Shown: in pieces, positions 38,583 through 49,960 of the stretch
Position numbering within the stretch: position 1 is the stretch's first letter
Layout: each line of letters begins with the position of its first letter
Assembly (NCBI GenBank): GCA_963788325.1
Contig: CAWBGJ010000008.1
Span: 5,058-69,057 of the forward strand
Length of the DNA: 64,000 nt
Direction: 5' to 3'
Source of the DNA: an uncultured Actinomycetes bacterium
GTDB lineage: Bacteria > Actinomycetota > Actinomycetes > S36-B12 > CAIYMF01
Notes under the pieces: model-generated
The model's database searches: none
Seen by the model: the letters and a program-made list of their open reading frames with translations, nothing else
Told to the model about the DNA's origin: nothing
Position numbers and translations under genes: made by a program

Positions 38583-39877
38583 CAGCCGACCCGCCCCAGG
38601 GCATCGCGTGGTGCGGCCAGCGCTGCCGCGTAGCTGGCCAGCAGACCGTCGACGGTCGCATCCCAGGACAGCGTCAACGCGTGGTCGCGGGCGCCGGCCG
38701 CCAGGCGTGCCCGCAGGGCGTCGTCGCTGAGCAGGAGGTGCAGCGCGCCCGCCCACGTGACGGGGTCGTGGCCGTCGACAAGCAGCCCCGAGGTGCCGTG
38801 GGACACCGCCATCGGCAGCCCGCCGACGTTGGCGGCCAGCACCGGGGTGCCGCACGCCTGGGCCTCCACCGCGACGAGGCCGAACGACTCGGAGTGCGAG
38901 GGGACCACCACGACGTCGGCGGCCGTGTACCGCTGGCGCAGCCGGGCTCGGTCGCTCGGTGCGTGGAAGGCCGCCGGGACATCGAGCGCGGTGGCGAGGT
39001 CGGCCAGCGCGGTGGGGTGCTCGCGGCCGGTGCCCGACGGGCCGCCACAGAACTCCAGGCGCACGCGACGGGCCAGCGCCGGGTGCTCATCGCGCAGCAC
39101 GGCCATCGCCCGCACGATCAGGTCCGGGGCCTTCAGCGGCTGGATCCGGCCGACGAACAGCACGACGAGGTCCTGGGGTGCGTACCCCAGCGCTGCCCGG
39201 GCTGCGGAGCGCTCCCGGTCGTGGAACATGTCGAGGTCCACCCCGGGCAGGACCACGTCCACCAGCTGCGGGTCGGCGTCGTAGAGGTCGACGAGTTCGG
39301 CCCGTTCGGTGGCCGTGTTGGCCACCAGCCGATCGGCGGCGTCGACCACCTGCTGCTCGCCGATGATCCGCAGGTCCGGCTCGGCGCGATCGTCGGGTGC
39401 GAGGTTCAGGTTCTTGACCCGGCCCATCGTGTGCATCGTGTGCACCAGCGGCACGCCCCAGCGCTCCTTGGCCAGCCAGCCCACCTGGCCCGAGAGCCAG
39501 TAGTGCGAGTGGATGAGGTCATACCACCCCTCCCGCCGGGCGGCCTCCCTGCGCAGAACGCCTGCGGTCACCGCACACAGCTGGCCGGGGAGATCCTCCT
39601 TGGGCAGGCCCTCGAACGGGCCGGCCACGACGTTGTGGACCAGCACCCCCGGGGCCATCTGGACCTGGTCCGGCAGGTCGCTGGAGGTGGCTCGGGTGAA
39701 GACCTCGACGGCCGTTCCCCGATCGGCCAGCCTGCGCGCGACCTCGGCGATGTACACGTTCATCCCACCGGCGTCGCCGGTGCCGGGCTGGTCCAGCGGT
39801 GAGGTGTGGACGCTGAGCATCGCCACCCGGCGCGGAATGCGACGCAGGGCCGTCGGCAGGGGATGGCCATCGTCCAT
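38582..39877 (-). CDS. mshA: D-inositol-3-phosphate glycosyltransferase (mycothiol biosynthesis)
   Basis: 431 aa. [25 protein letters not shown] is the MshA signature N-terminus, and [20 protein letters not shown] is the GT4 C-terminal block. Confidence 0.92.
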   Translation of the reverse strand: MDDGHPLPTALRRIPRRVAMLSVHTSPLDQPGTGDAGGMNVYIAEVARRLADRGTAVEVFTRATSSDLPDQVQMAPGVLVHNVVAGPFEGLPKEDLPGQLCAVTAGVLRREAARREGWYDLIHSHYWLSGQVGWLAKERWGVPLVHTMHTMGRVKNLNLAPDDRAEPDLRIIGEQQVVDAADRLVANTATERAELVDLYDADPQLVDVVLPGVDLDMFHDRERSAARAALGYAPQDLVVLFVGRIQPLKAPDLIVRAMAVLRDEHPALARRVRLEFCGGPSGTGREHPTALADLATALDVPAAFHAPSDRARLRQRYTAADVVVVPSHSESFGLVAVEAQACGTPVLAANVGGLPMAVSHGTSGLLVDGHDPVTWAGALHLLLSDDALRARLAAGARDHALTLSWDATVDGLLASYAAALAAPRDALGRVG

Positions 39878-39944
39878 GGGCCAACCTTCGCGGAGGCAGA
39901 GGTAGTGGGCAAGTCGGGCGTGAGGCCGTTCCCGTGCTCCCCAG

Positions 39945-40619
39945 TCACTGCCCGGGGGTCACCTCGAGGGTCGTGTCGGCGTAGGGCTCCCCGGTCACGA
40001 CGTGCATCACCCGGCGGGCGATGCTGACCGCGTGGTCGGCGTAGCGCTCGTAGTAGCGCGAGAGCAGGGTGGCGTCGATGGCCTTCTCCACACCGTGTGA
40101 CCACGAGGGCGAGAGCACGGTGGTGAACAGCTCGCGGTGCAGGCGGTCCACCTCCTGGTCGTAGCGCTCGATGTCCGGGCCGAGGGCCACGTCCTTGGTG
40201 GAGATCACCGTGGCGGTCTTCGCCGCGATCGCATCATCGAGGGCGCCGAGCTGTGCGAACGTTCCGCGCAGGTCGTTGGGGATGCTGTGGTTGGGATAGC
40301 GCAGGCGGGCCTGCTTGGCCACGTGCACGGCCAGGTCGCCCATCCGCTCCAGCGACGAGGAGATCCGCAGCGAGCCGATGACGATCCTCAGGTCGGTGGC
40401 CACCGGTTGCTGCAAGGCAGCTGCCTCGTAGCAGCGCCGCTCGACCTCGCTGGTGAGCTCGTCGATGTGGTCGTCACCGGTGATCACGGCCTCGGCGATG
40501 GCCAGGTCCGCGTTGAGCAGGGACTGGGTGGCCTGGTTCATCGCTGATCCCGCCGCCACGGCCATCTCGGCGAGCAGGTCGCTGATCTCGTCGAGCTGCT
40601 CATGGAATGCTGCACGCAT
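39945..40619 (-). CDS. phoU: Phosphate signalling complex protein PhoU
   Basis: 224 aa from ATG 40619, which is preceded by GGGAGGAAAC. Duplicated PhoU repeats ([12 protein letters not shown] and [12 protein letters not shown]). Confidence 0.92.
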   Translation of the reverse strand: MRAAFHEQLDEISDLLAEMAVAAGSAMNQATQSLLNADLAIAEAVITGDDHIDELTSEVERRCYEAAALQQPVATDLRIVIGSLRISSSLERMGDLAVHVAKQARLRYPNHSIPNDLRGTFAQLGALDDAIAAKTATVISTKDVALGPDIERYDQEVDRLHRELFTTVLSPSWSHGVEKAIDATLLSRYYERYADHAVSIARRVMHVVTGEPYADTTLEVTPGQ

Positions 40620-40692
40620 GGTTTCCTCCCGAGGGCACTCTAGTGGTAGGCCTGCACTGCATCGCACGCATGTGGCCCCTCGGTGAGCAGGG

Positions 40693-40721
40693 GGTGAACA
40701 GCACGCGCCGGCGTGGTGAAC
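40693..40721 (-). promoter_or_regulatory. PHO-box-like direct repeats (GTTCACC on the phoU strand, 22-nt spacing) in the phoU/senX3 divergent region
   Basis: GGTGAAC occurs at 40693-40699 and 40715-40721 on the + strand. The spacing of two 11-nt units matches the pstS site logic. Confidence 0.45.
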
Positions 40722-40782
40722 ATGCCTGCCTCGGCCTGCGGGACGCGGTCCGGCAATCCGGCGCACCCCTATCCTGACGACC

Positions 40783-41988
40783 GTGGCCACCCAGTCCCGA
40801 CGCAACGCCGCGCAGTCCGCACCCGGCCTTCGGCGGCTGTTCGGGGTGCCCGCGGCGACCAGCGCAGCGCAGGGCGACCCGGACTCGGGTGAGTCCACCG
40901 AAGCCGCCGGGCCGACCCTGGCCCAGCCCGAGGACCTCGAACGGGTGCTCGCCGCGCTGAGCACTCCTGCGATGTGGGTGGACGGTGAGGACCTGGTCCG
41001 GTGGAGTCACCCCGCCCTGGCCGCCCTGCGCGTCGTGCGCCGGGGGTCGATCAATGTCGCCGAGATCGCCAGGATGGTCACCCGTGCGCGCAGCACCGGG
41101 GAGGTGGCCGATCGCGCACTCACCGTGCGCAGGCCGGGTCGCCGGCAGAGCGGCGTGCGCGCACATGTCCGGGTGGCGCCGATGTCGGCCGGTGTCGTGC
41201 TGGTGCTGGTGGAGGACGTCACCGAGGCCGAGCGCCTCGACAACGCCCGGCGCGACTTCGTGGCCAATGTCAGCCACGAGCTCAAGACCCCCATCGGCGC
41301 TCTTGCCCTGCTGGCCGAGGCCGTCAACCAGGCCGAGGGCGACCCGGAGGCCACCGCGCGGTTCACCCGTCGGATGCTGGGCCAGACGCAGCGGCTGAAC
41401 ATGCTCATCACCGACCTGATGGACCTGTCCCGGTTGGAGGGCGTGGACCCGATGCAGCCCACGGGCCCGGTGTCCCTGGACGAGGTGGTGGCCCAGGCCT
41501 GCGACGACGCGCGCTCGCTGGCCCAGGCCAAGGACATCGCGTTCCTGCGCGGTGGGGTGGCGGACCTGCACGTCGAGGGCGTGGACATCCAGCTGGTCAC
41601 GGCGGTGCGCAACCTGATCGTCAACGCGATCAACTACAGCGCACCGGACACGAAGGTGGCCGTGACGACCGGAACCAGCGACGGCTTCGTCACGATCGCC
41701 GTGACCGACCAGGGCATCGGGATCCCCGCCGACGAGCTCGGGCGGATCTTCGAGCGGTTCTACCGGGTCGACCCGGCGCGCTCGCGCGACACCGGCGGGA
41801 CGGGCCTGGGCCTGGCGATCGTCAAGCACGTCTGCGCCAACCACGGCGGGGACTGCGAGGTGTGGTCCAAGGTCGGCGAGGGGTCGTCGTTCACGATCCG
41901 GCTGCCGGTCGCGTCCAGCCGCAGCCACCGTCGGTCCCCCAAGGCCCCCGAGCGGGCCCCAGCGAGTGAGAACGAGGAGGAGCAGTGA
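40783..41988 (+). CDS. senX3: Phosphate-responsive sensor histidine kinase (SenX3/PhoR type)
   Basis: 401 aa. H-box FVANVSHELKTPIGAL, N box NLIVNAINYS, and G boxes DQGIGIP and GTGLGLAIVK. Confidence 0.88.
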   Translation: MATQSRRNAAQSAPGLRRLFGVPAATSAAQGDPDSGESTEAAGPTLAQPEDLERVLAALSTPAMWVDGEDLVRWSHPALAALRVVRRGSINVAEIARMVTRARSTGEVADRALTVRRPGRRQSGVRAHVRVAPMSAGVVLVLVEDVTEAERLDNARRDFVANVSHELKTPIGALALLAEAVNQAEGDPEATARFTRRMLGQTQRLNMLITDLMDLSRLEGVDPMQPTGPVSLDEVVAQACDDARSLAQAKDIAFLRGGVADLHVEGVDIQLVTAVRNLIVNAINYSAPDTKVAVTTGTSDGFVTIAVTDQGIGIPADELGRIFERFYRVDPARSRDTGGTGLGLAIVKHVCANHGGDCEVWSKVGEGSSFTIRLPVASSRSHRRSPKAPERAPASENEEEQ

Positions 41989-42662
41989 GCCGCATCCTGG
42001 TCGTCGAGGACGAGGAGTCGTTCTCCGACGCCCTGAGTTTCATGCTCCGCAAGGAGGGCTTCGCGGTGGCGATCGCCACGTCGGGTCCCGACGCCCTGGC
42101 GCAGTTCGAGCGCGAGCCGGCCGACCTCGTGCTGCTGGACCTGATGCTGCCCGGCATGTCGGGCACCGATGTGTGCCGGACCCTTCGGGCCAAGTCCCGG
42201 GTCCCGATCATCATGGTGACGGCCCGGGACTCCGAGCTCGACAAGGTGCTGGGCCTCGAGCTCGGCGCCGACGACTACGTCACCAAGCCGTTCTCGAGTC
42301 GGGAGCTGGTGGCCCGGATCCGGGCGGTCCTGCGCCGCAACCTCGACGACTTCGACGACAGCCCCGTGGTGGAGGCCGGTCCGGTGCGCATCGATCCGGA
42401 GCGCCACCAGGTGACCGTGTCCGGGCAGGCCGTGACGATGCCGCTCAAGGAGTTCGACCTGCTCGAGTACCTGGTGCGCAACGCAGGGCGGGTGCTGACC
42501 CGAGGGCAGCTGATCGACCGGATCTGGGGCTCGGACTACGTCGGGGACACCAAGACCCTGGACGTGCACGTCAAGCGGTTGCGCGCGAAGGTGGAGGTCG
42601 ACCCCTCGCATCCCGTGCACCTGCTCACGGTGCGTGGCCTGGGCTACAAGTTCGAGGCCTGA
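41985..42662 (+). CDS. regX3: OmpR-family response regulator (RegX3/PhoP type)
   Basis: 225 aa. Overlaps senX3 by 4 nt. ILVVEDEES...DLVLLDLMLPGMSG receiver domain and a C-terminal TVRGLGYKF winged helix. Confidence 0.92.
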   Translation: MSRILVVEDEESFSDALSFMLRKEGFAVAIATSGPDALAQFEREPADLVLLDLMLPGMSGTDVCRTLRAKSRVPIIMVTARDSELDKVLGLELGADDYVTKPFSSRELVARIRAVLRRNLDDFDDSPVVEAGPVRIDPERHQVTVSGQAVTMPLKEFDLLEYLVRNAGRVLTRGQLIDRIWGSDYVGDTKTLDVHVKRLRAKVEVDPSHPVHLLTVRGLGYKFEA

Positions 42663-42682
42663 GCGCCCGCCGCGCGACTGCC

Positions 42683-43183
42683 CTACCGCTCGTCGGCCGT
42701 CACGGCAGCGGGTGCGTAGTCGGTGTAGTAGCCGTCCGGGGGAACCACGGCGATGGACTTCGACACGCTCCCCGAACTGCTGAACGCGAACGTCAGGGTG
42801 GCGTACTGCCCGGCGCGGGCCTGCAGGCCGGTGAACGTGATGGTCGCGCCACCGGGGGCGCCGATCGCCAGGGATGTCCCCGCGGGGACGGCGAGGTCGC
42901 CCGAGATCTTCCCGGGGCCGCCGAGCTCGGCGGTGACGGACTCCAGGGATTCGTCAACCACGCCGTCGTTGGTGATGGTCACCGACAGGGACGCGACACC
43001 GGTGTCCGCCTCGTCAGCCACCAGCGTGGCGTCCTGGACCAGGAGGTCGCCGACCTGGAAGTCGGTGCCGTTGCCGGTGGCACTCTGGGTGTTGACGGTG
43101 TTGTCGAAGCCTTGGTAGCAGCCTGCCGTGGGCAGGACGGCGACGAGGCAGACGGCCAGTACGGCGGCACGGGAGCGCATCAC
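42683..43183 (-). CDS. Secreted lipoprotein (LpqE-like position next to carD)
   Basis: 166 aa with signal peptide plus lipobox LPTAGC and a beta-rich Thr/Gly/Ala body. Confidence 0.7.
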   Translation of the reverse strand: MMRSRAAVLAVCLVAVLPTAGCYQGFDNTVNTQSATGNGTDFQVGDLLVQDATLVADEADTGVASLSVTITNDGVVDESLESVTAELGGPGKISGDLAVPAGTSLAIGAPGGATITFTGLQARAGQYATLTFAFSSSGSVSKSIAVVPPDGYYTDYAPAAVTADER

Positions 43184-43271
43184 GGAGGCACCCTATCCGG
43201 TCTTCATTATCAAATGGCGCTCCACCCCGGCGTGTTAGACTAGGGGCCCACCGAAAGGGGTCACCCGCACA

Positions 43272-43754
43272 ATGACGTTCAAGGTTGGCGACACCGTCGT
43301 GTACCCCCATCACGGGGCCGCGCTCATCGAATCCATCGAGGTCCGCTCCATCAAGGGTATCGACCGGGAGTACCTGGTCCTGCGGGTAGCCCAGGGTGAT
43401 CTGACCGTCCGGGTGCCCGCGGACAACGTGGACCTGGTCGGCGTGCGGGACGTGGTGAACGCAGAGGGCCTGGACCGGGTGTTCGACGTCCTGCGCCAGC
43501 CCTACACCGAGGAGCCGACCAACTGGTCGCGGCGCTACAAGGCCAACCTCGAGAAGCTGGCCTCCGGCGACGTGATCAAGGTCTCCGAGGTCGTGCGCGA
43601 CCTCTGGCGCCGGGAGCGCGAGCGTGGCCTGTCGGCCGGCGAGAAGCGCATGCTGAGCAAGGCCCGCCAGATCCTGGTCAGCGAGCTGGCCCTGGCCGAG
43701 CACACCAACGAGGACAAGGCCGAGGCGATCCTCGACGAGGTCCTTCAGTCCTGA
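43272..43754 (+). CDS. carD: CarD-family RNA polymerase-binding transcription regulator
   Basis: 160 aa. [20 protein letters not shown]...YLVLRV...NWSRRYKAN, with the carD-ispD-ispF-cysS order. Confidence 0.95.
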   Translation: MTFKVGDTVVYPHHGAALIESIEVRSIKGIDREYLVLRVAQGDLTVRVPADNVDLVGVRDVVNAEGLDRVFDVLRQPYTEEPTNWSRRYKANLEKLASGDVIKVSEVVRDLWRRERERGLSAGEKRMLSKARQILVSELALAEHTNEDKAEAILDEVLQS

Positions 43755-43792
43755 TCCACTGATCGCTTGGCGACGCCCACCTCCGAACCCGG

Positions 43793-44593
43793 ATGGTGGG
43801 CGTCGTTGTCGGTACGGTGAGGCTCGTGCAGCCCAGAGTCGTCGCGATCGTGCCTGCCGCCGGGTCTGGCGAGCGGCTGGGGGCCGGGGTGCCCAAGGCG
43901 ATGGTGCCCCTGGCTGGTGAACCGATCCTGGCCCATGCCGTGCGCGGCCTGGTCGCCGATCCGCGCGTGCAGTTCGTGGTGCTGGCCGCACCCGCCGGCC
44001 TCGAGGACGAGATGGCTGCGGTGGCCAGCGCATGTGCGGGCGGCGTTCCGGTGGTGGCGGTGACCGGTGGAGCCAGTCGGGCCCAGTCAGTGGACAACGC
44101 ACTGGCGGTGGTCCCCGAGGAGTTCGAGGTGGTCCTCGTGCACGACGCCGCTCGCTGCCTGGTCCCGCTGGAGGTCGTCTCCGCGGTGATCGATGCCGTG
44201 CTGGCCGGGGCTGACGCCGTCGTGCCCGGGACCCCGGTGGTGGACACGATCCGGGAGCTGGACGCCGGGGGTGGGTCCCGGACGCTGGATCGCGCGTCGC
44301 TGCGGGGGGTCCAGACCCCTCAGGGGTTCGGCCGGTCGGTGCTGGTCGGTGCGCATGCGGCCGGCGACCCTGCGGCCACCGACGATGCCGGGATGGTCGA
44401 GGCCCTCGGTGGGCGCGTCGTGCTCGTGCCCGGGCACCCGTGGGCGTTCAAGGTGACCACTGCGCTGGACCTGGTGCTGGCCGAGGCGTTGCTGGCCGGG
44501 GCGGGTCGTGCTGAGGCAGGGCGTGCCGGGGCCGGGCATTCCGGGGAGCGGCTCGCCGGGGTGCCCTCGAGCGACCAAGGAGCACGGACGTGA
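43793..44593 (+). CDS. ispD: 2-C-methyl-D-erythritol 4-phosphate cytidylyltransferase
   Basis: [15 protein letters not shown] and [10 protein letters not shown] motifs. The true start may be a GTG a few codons downstream of 43793. The Ala/Gly-rich C-terminal tail overlaps ispF by 4 nt. Confidence 0.88.
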   Translation: MVGVVVGTVRLVQPRVVAIVPAAGSGERLGAGVPKAMVPLAGEPILAHAVRGLVADPRVQFVVLAAPAGLEDEMAAVASACAGGVPVVAVTGGASRAQSVDNALAVVPEEFEVVLVHDAARCLVPLEVVSAVIDAVLAGADAVVPGTPVVDTIRELDAGGGSRTLDRASLRGVQTPQGFGRSVLVGAHAAGDPAATDDAGMVEALGGRVVLVPGHPWAFKVTTALDLVLAEALLAGAGRAEAGRAGAGHSGERLAGVPSSDQGART

Positions 44594-45081
44594 GCGACCT
44601 GCCCCTGATCGGCATCGGTGTGGATGTCCATCCGTTCGCGGATCCGGAGCAGGGCCGCACGCTCTGGCTGGCCTGTGTGGACTGGCCGGGGGAGAACGGC
44701 CTGGCCGGGCACTCGGACGCCGACGTGGTTGCGCACGCGATCTGCGATGCGCTGCTCTCGGCGGCCGGCCTGGGTGACCTCGGTTCCAACTTCGGCACCG
44801 CCGAACCGCAATGGGCGGGCGCGTCGGGTGCAGCGCTGCTCGGTGAGACGCTGCGGCGGGTCCGCGCGCAGGGGTACACGATCGGCAATCTGGCGGTCCA
44901 GGTCATCGGCAACCGCCCACGGATCGGCCCGCGCCGCGAGGAGGCGCAGGCTGCGGTGTCCGGTGCGCTGGACGGCGCGGTCGTTCGGCTGTCGGCGACC
45001 ACGACCGACGGCCTGGGCCTGACCGGCCGAGCTGAGGGCATCGCGGCGATCGCCACCGCCCTGCTGGTCAGCACCGACTGA
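44590..45081 (+). CDS. ispF: 2-C-methyl-D-erythritol 2,4-cyclodiphosphate synthase
   Basis: 163 aa. [10 protein letters not shown] and [30 protein letters not shown] motifs. Confidence 0.95.
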   Translation: MSDLPLIGIGVDVHPFADPEQGRTLWLACVDWPGENGLAGHSDADVVAHAICDALLSAAGLGDLGSNFGTAEPQWAGASGAALLGETLRRVRAQGYTIGNLAVQVIGNRPRIGPRREEAQAAVSGALDGAVVRLSATTTDGLGLTGRAEGIAAIATALLVSTD

Positions 45082-45319
45082 CCGCACCGGACGCCCACAT
45101 CCGCCGCTGCCCCCACATGCGTTCCCTCCACCTCCGCGGCGGAGCGTCGCTGAGGTGGATCAACCGGCTGACGAGCGACGCTGGTGAGGAGGAACGGGCA
45201 GGTCGGGTCGCGGGCGCGGCGGACCCGCCGGACGAGCGGAGCGGCGCGGGCGGAGCGGGGCGGGGCTGGGCGGGATCGGGACGCCCGGAGGGCCGGCGCG
45301 TGGCCGGTAGACTTCGCCG

Positions 45320-46726
45320 GTGACTCTGAGACTGCACGACACCGCCACGCGCAGCACGCGGGAGTTCGTCCCGCTGGAAGCCGGACGTGCGTCGATCTAT
45401 GTCTGTGGGGCCACTGTGCAGGCGGCACCGCACATCGGGCACATCCGATCCGGGGTCAGCTTCGACATCCTGTACCGGTGGCTGGCCGAGTCCGGCTACG
45501 ACGTGACGTTCGTCCGCAACGTGACCGACATCGACGACAAGATCCTGGCCCGGGCGATCGAGGAGGGCCGGCCCTGGTGGGCGGTCGCCGCGCACTACGA
45601 GCGCGCCTTCGCCGAGGCCTACCGGATCCTGGGCTGCCGAGTGCCCACGATCGAGCCCCGTGCCACCGGGCACGTCCCGGCCATGATCACCCTGATGGCG
45701 CGCCTGATCGACGCCGGCCACGCCTATGCCGCCGATGGTGACGTCTACTTCGATGTTGTGTCCTTCCCGGCCTATGGGGCCCTGTCTGGGCAGCGGATCG
45801 CCGAGATGCAGCCCGCCGCGGACGCGGACCCGCAGGCGCGCAAGCGGGATCCGCGCGACTTCGCCCTGTGGAAGGGCACCCGCGACGACGGGCCCGGCTG
45901 GGATACCCCTTGGGGGGTCGGTCGCCCGGGTTGGCACCTCGAGTGCTCGGCGATGGCCGGGATGTACCTCGGCCCGGAGTTCGACATCCACGGCGGTGGG
46001 CTGGACCTGATATTCCCGCACCACGAGAACGAGATCGCCCAGTCGCATGCGGTCGGCGATGGCTTCGCGCGGTACTGGCTGCACAACGCGTGGGTGACCA
46101 CAGCCGGGGAGAAGATGAGCAAGTCGCTGGGCAACTCCCTGCTGGTGACCGAGGTGGTCAGGCGCGTGCGGCCCGTGGAGCTGCGCTTCTACCTCGGGTC
46201 TGCCCACTACCGGTCGCACATCGAGTTCTCCGAGGAGGCCCTGGCTGACGCGGCCGCGGGCTACCGCCGCCTCGAGGGGTTCGTGCACCGGGCGACCGAG
46301 CGGGTCGGGGCCCCGGACCCAGCCGGCGCCGAACTGCCGAGTCATTTTGTCGCCGCACTGGATGACGACCTCGGGGTACCCGCGGCGCTGGCGGTGCTGC
46401 ACGAGACGGTGTCGACCGGCAATCGGATGCTCGCCGATCCCGGCAGCCCGGATGCGGACCTCGCAGCCCTGCTCGGTGCGGTCCGGCACATGCTCGACAT
46501 CCTGGGCGTCGATCCGCTGGACCCGATGTGGGCCGGGGACACCGGGGGGTCGGAGGCCGCACACGCAGCGCTGGACGCGCTCGTCGGTGAGCGCCTGGCG
46601 GCCCGCGCTGCGGCGCGCGCCGGGCGCGACTTCGCTGCCGCCGACGCGGTGCGCGACACATTGCGCGAGGCCGGGATCCTCATCGAGGACACCCCCGCTG
46701 GCCCGCGCTGGTCTCTGGAGGCGTGA
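45320..46726 (+). CDS. cysS: Cysteine--tRNA ligase
   Basis: 468 aa. HIGH-type [10 protein letters not shown] and KMSKSLGN motifs. Confidence 0.95.
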   Translation: MTLRLHDTATRSTREFVPLEAGRASIYVCGATVQAAPHIGHIRSGVSFDILYRWLAESGYDVTFVRNVTDIDDKILARAIEEGRPWWAVAAHYERAFAEAYRILGCRVPTIEPRATGHVPAMITLMARLIDAGHAYAADGDVYFDVVSFPAYGALSGQRIAEMQPAADADPQARKRDPRDFALWKGTRDDGPGWDTPWGVGRPGWHLECSAMAGMYLGPEFDIHGGGLDLIFPHHENEIAQSHAVGDGFARYWLHNAWVTTAGEKMSKSLGNSLLVTEVVRRVRPVELRFYLGSAHYRSHIEFSEEALADAAAGYRRLEGFVHRATERVGAPDPAGAELPSHFVAALDDDLGVPAALAVLHETVSTGNRMLADPGSPDADLAALLGAVRHMLDILGVDPLDPMWAGDTGGSEAAHAALDALVGERLAARAAARAGRDFAAADAVRDTLREAGILIEDTPAGPRWSLEA

Positions 46727-47712
46727 TGGCAGGCAACTCACAACGGCGCGGGGCGACCCGCAAGGCGGGTACGAAGAAGGGCCAGGTCGTGGGGTCCGGC
46801 GGCCAGAAGAGCCAGCGGCTGGAGGGCAAGGGCCCGACCCCCCGAGCCGAGGACCGACCAGGGCACACCGCCTACCGCCGGGCCCGCTCGGCGGACAAGT
46901 ACGCGGCCAAGGGCTCGGGTGGGCGGTCGGGCTCGCGTCCCGGGCCCGGACGCGCGGCGAAGAAGCCGGCCACCGAAGCCGTCGCGGGGCGCAACTCGGT
47001 GCTCGAGGCGTTGCAGGCCGGGATCCCCGCCTCAGCGCTGCATGTCCAGCAGTACCTCGACTCCGATGACCGGGTCCGTGAGGCGATGAAGCTCGCCGTC
47101 GACCGGGGGATCGCGCTGCTCGAGACCACCAAGACCGATCTGGACCGGCTCAGCGGCCGTGCCGTGCACCAGGGCGTCGTCCTGCAGGTGCCGCCCTATG
47201 TGTATGCCGACGCCGCCAAGCTGATGAGCCGGGCCTTCGATGCCGGGCAGCAGCCCCTGCTGGTGGCCCTGGACAGCGTCACCGATCCGCGCAACCTCGG
47301 GGCCGTGGTGCGCTCAGCCGCAGCCTTCGGCGCGCACGGCGTGGTGATCCCGGAGCGGCGGGCAGCCTCGATGACGGCGTCGGCGTGGAAGACCTCGGCG
47401 GGGGCCGCGTCCCGGGTGCCGGTGGCCCAGGTGACCAACCTGGTGCGCTGGCTGGTGGCCGCGCAGAAGGAAGGCGCCACGGTGATCGGGCTGGCGATGG
47501 GCGGGGGCCTGGAGCTTCCCGACCTCGATCGCGGCTTGGCAGCCGGGCCGCTGGTCATCGTCGTGGGCAGCGAGGGCAAGGGCCTGGGACACCTGGTGTC
47601 CCAGACATGTGACCACCTGGTCGCGATCCCCATGGACGCTGCCACGGAGTCGCTGAATGCCGGGGTCGCCGCGGGTGTGGCGCTCTACGCGGTGGCCAAC
47701 GCGCGCCGCTGA
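46723..47712 (+). CDS. rlmB: 23S rRNA (guanosine-2'-O)-methyltransferase RlmB (SpoU/TrmH family) with a basic N-terminal extension
   Basis: 329 aa. Shares an ATGA overlap with cys[26 protein letters not shown] and ESLNAGVA motifs. Confidence 0.88.
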   Translation: MMAGNSQRRGATRKAGTKKGQVVGSGGQKSQRLEGKGPTPRAEDRPGHTAYRRARSADKYAAKGSGGRSGSRPGPGRAAKKPATEAVAGRNSVLEALQAGIPASALHVQQYLDSDDRVREAMKLAVDRGIALLETTKTDLDRLSGRAVHQGVVLQVPPYVYADAAKLMSRAFDAGQQPLLVALDSVTDPRNLGAVVRSAAAFGAHGVVIPERRAASMTASAWKTSAGAASRVPVAQVTNLVRWLVAAQKEGATVIGLAMGGGLELPDLDRGLAAGPLVIVVGSEGKGLGHLVSQTCDHLVAIPMDAATESLNAGVAAGVALYAVANARR

Positions 47713-47750
47713 CCTGCCACGCGGGCGGTTCAGCACGTAGCCTCGCGGGC

Positions 47751-48623
47751 GTGCCACTGCCGATCCCCGGCCGCCCGGAGCCCGATCCGAGGTCCCCCAC
47801 CCCGCGCAGCACGATCTCCGGGCGCGTCGATGTCACCACCCTGCTGCGCGGCGGCGAGCGGTGCGCCGTGCGCACCTACCTGCCCCCGGGCTACGAGCAC
47901 TCCGATCACGCGTACCCGGTGCTCTACATGTTCGACGGCCAGAACCTCTTCGACCGCGCCACGTCGGCGTTCGGGATGGAGTGGGGGGTCGACGAGACGA
48001 TCGAGGCGCTCGTCGACCGGGGCGCGATGCCGGGTGTGGTGGTCGTGGGGATCGACTCCCCGCTGGATCCGTGGCAGCGGTATGCGCAGTACACGGCATG
48101 GGACTGGATGCTCGACGGGCGGCCGGTGGTCGCCGACGGTGCGGTGACCGCGGCCTTCCTCGTGGAGCAGGTCATGTCCTACGTCCAGCAGACCTATCGG
48201 GTCGCACGGGACCCGCAGCGCGTGGGGCTGGCCGGCTCGTCGCTGGGTGGGTACATGGCCCTGTACGTGGGGGTCCGCCATCCGAACACGTTCGGACGGC
48301 TGCTCGTCTTCTCCCCGGTCGTGCTCGACGAGCCGATGGCCGGCCACGAGCTGCGCGACCTGATCGTCCATCTCGGGGTGGCGCCGGGCACCTGGGTGTA
48401 CCTCGACATGGGCGATGCCGAGGATCTGGCTTACATCGACCATCCCGATCGCCTCGTGGCGGACCTGGCGCTGACCGCGGGCGCGTTGGCCCACAGCGTG
48501 CGCCCGCCGGAGCGGTTGGTCAGCCGGGTGATGCCCGGCGCAGCCCACGACGAGGACGCCTGGGCGCAGCGGTTCGGTCCAGCACTGCTCTGGGCCTTCT
48601 TCGACGGACCCGACCCGCGGTAG
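47751..48623 (+). CDS. Alpha/beta hydrolase, putative esterase (esterase D / enterochelin-esterase-like)
   Basis: 290 aa. YPVLYMFDGQN and the GSSLGG nucleophile elbow. Confidence 0.8.
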   Translation: MPLPIPGRPEPDPRSPTPRSTISGRVDVTTLLRGGERCAVRTYLPPGYEHSDHAYPVLYMFDGQNLFDRATSAFGMEWGVDETIEALVDRGAMPGVVVVGIDSPLDPWQRYAQYTAWDWMLDGRPVVADGAVTAAFLVEQVMSYVQQTYRVARDPQRVGLAGSSLGGYMALYVGVRHPNTFGRLLVFSPVVLDEPMAGHELRDLIVHLGVAPGTWVYLDMGDAEDLAYIDHPDRLVADLALTAGALAHSVRPPERLVSRVMPGAAHDEDAWAQRFGPALLWAFFDGPDPR

Positions 48624-48673
48624 GAAGCCGTCGCAGGGCCGACCAGCTTGGCAGGCGCCTGGCCAGAGACAGC

Positions 48674-49939
48674 TCAGTCCGGGGTGCCGGTGCTACCGAG
48701 GTCCACATCGTCGACCAGGTGGGCCTCCTCGGCGGGTGGGCCCAGGATGGCGGCCTCGTCCTGGGCGTGGCTCAGGTGCGCCCGGACGTAGTCGTCGGTC
48801 GCCCAGGTCAGGCCGACGTCGCGACCGGCACGCTCCGAGGAGAACCACCGGTGCTGCAGAACCTCATGGACCAGCTCGGAGGGCTCGAGCCGGCCGCGCA
48901 GGTCCCGCGGGATGCGTCGCAGGATCGTCTCGAACACCTCGTTGACCCATTTGTGGGCAACGATCTGCTCGTCCTCATCGGCGCCCTCCACGAGGCGGTA
49001 GGAGTCCAGGTCGTTGAGCAGCCGGCGCGCCTGGTTCTCGCCCATGTCCAGTCCGGTCAGCTGCAGCATCCGACGCCGGTGGTGACCGGCCTCCACGACC
49101 TTGGGCTGCACCCGGATGTTCGCCCCGCCGTCAGTGACCTGCGCGGTCAGCTCCGCGACGTCGAAGCCCAGTCCGTTGAGGGTACGCATCATGGTGTGGA
49201 TGTGCCGGCGGTCGGTACCCGAGACCGTCACCGGCTCGGTCAGGGTCATCCAGAGGTGCTCGTAGCGCCGCCGGAACTCCGGGCCGATCTCGGCGAGGTC
49301 GAACCGCTCCGGGACGAAGCCACCTGCCTGCAGGTCCATCAGCTCGCCCATGATGTTCATCTCGGCGGTGTCGAGGTCGTACCGACGCTGGCCTCGGGAC
49401 AGCGTGTCGCGCAGCTCCCCGGTCTCAGCGTCGACCAAGTAGGCGGAGAAGGCCCCGGCGTCGCGGCGGAACAGGGTGTTGGACAGCGAGCAGTCGTTCC
49501 ACGCGAAACCCAGCAGGTGCAGGCGCACGATCAGGAGCACCAGCGCGTCGAGCAGCCGTTCACCGGTCTCACGGGTCAGCGTGGTCTGCACCAGCGCCCG
49601 GTAGGGCAGCGAGTAGGACAGGTGCGTGGTGATCAGCGCGGCTGGCAGGTCCTGTCCATGCTCGTCCTGACGCCCCGCGATGACCCCGACGGGCTCGACG
49701 CACGGGGCGCCGAGCCGGCCGAGGTCGACCAGCAACTGGTACTCACGGGTCGCGAACGACTCCTCGATCTCCTTGATGGCGTACACCACGCCGTTGACCC
49801 GCACGAATCGCACCGTGTGCCGGGAGATGCCGCGCGGCAGGGCCACGACATCGGCAGCCGGCCAGTCCTCGAGCGCGGTGCCCCACGGCAGGAAGAGCAG
49901 GTCCGGCTCGGCGGCGCTGGCCGTCGCGCGCAGTGCCAC
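48674..49939 (-). CDS. DUF4032 domain-containing protein (LPS-kinase-like N-terminus)
   Basis: 421 aa. HTVRFVRVNGVVYAIKE...REYQLL and FAWNDCSLSNTLF blocks. It lies 21 nt downstream of msiK on the same strand. Confidence 0.75.
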   Translation of the reverse strand: MALRATASAAEPDLLFLPWGTALEDWPAADVVALPRGISRHTVRFVRVNGVVYAIKEIEESFATREYQLLVDLGRLGAPCVEPVGVIAGRQDEHGQDLPAALITTHLSYSLPYRALVQTTLTRETGERLLDALVLLIVRLHLLGFAWNDCSLSNTLFRRDAGAFSAYLVDAETGELRDTLSRGQRRYDLDTAEMNIMGELMDLQAGGFVPERFDLAEIGPEFRRRYEHLWMTLTEPVTVSGTDRRHIHTMMRTLNGLGFDVAELTAQVTDGGANIRVQPKVVEAGHHRRRMLQLTGLDMGENQARRLLNDLDSYRLVEGADEDEQIVAHKWVNEVFETILRRIPRDLRGRLEPSELVHEVLQHRWFSSERAGRDVGLTWATDDYVRAHLSHAQDEAAILGPPAEEAHLVDDVDLGSTGTPD

Positions 49940-49960
49940 GGTGCCGATCCGCGTCCCGCG

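Noticed and set aside
45082-45319. The 238-nt GC-rich leader upstream of cysS, considered as a T-box or riboswitch. It contains short inverted repeats (CCACCTC/GAGGTGG, AGCGTCGCT/AGCGACGCT) and a G-run block at 45248-45280.
   Set aside because: I recognise no T-box specifier or antiterminator sequence and no known riboswitch core. Short inverted repeats and G-runs are expected by chance at this base composition. A covariance-model scan could still be run.
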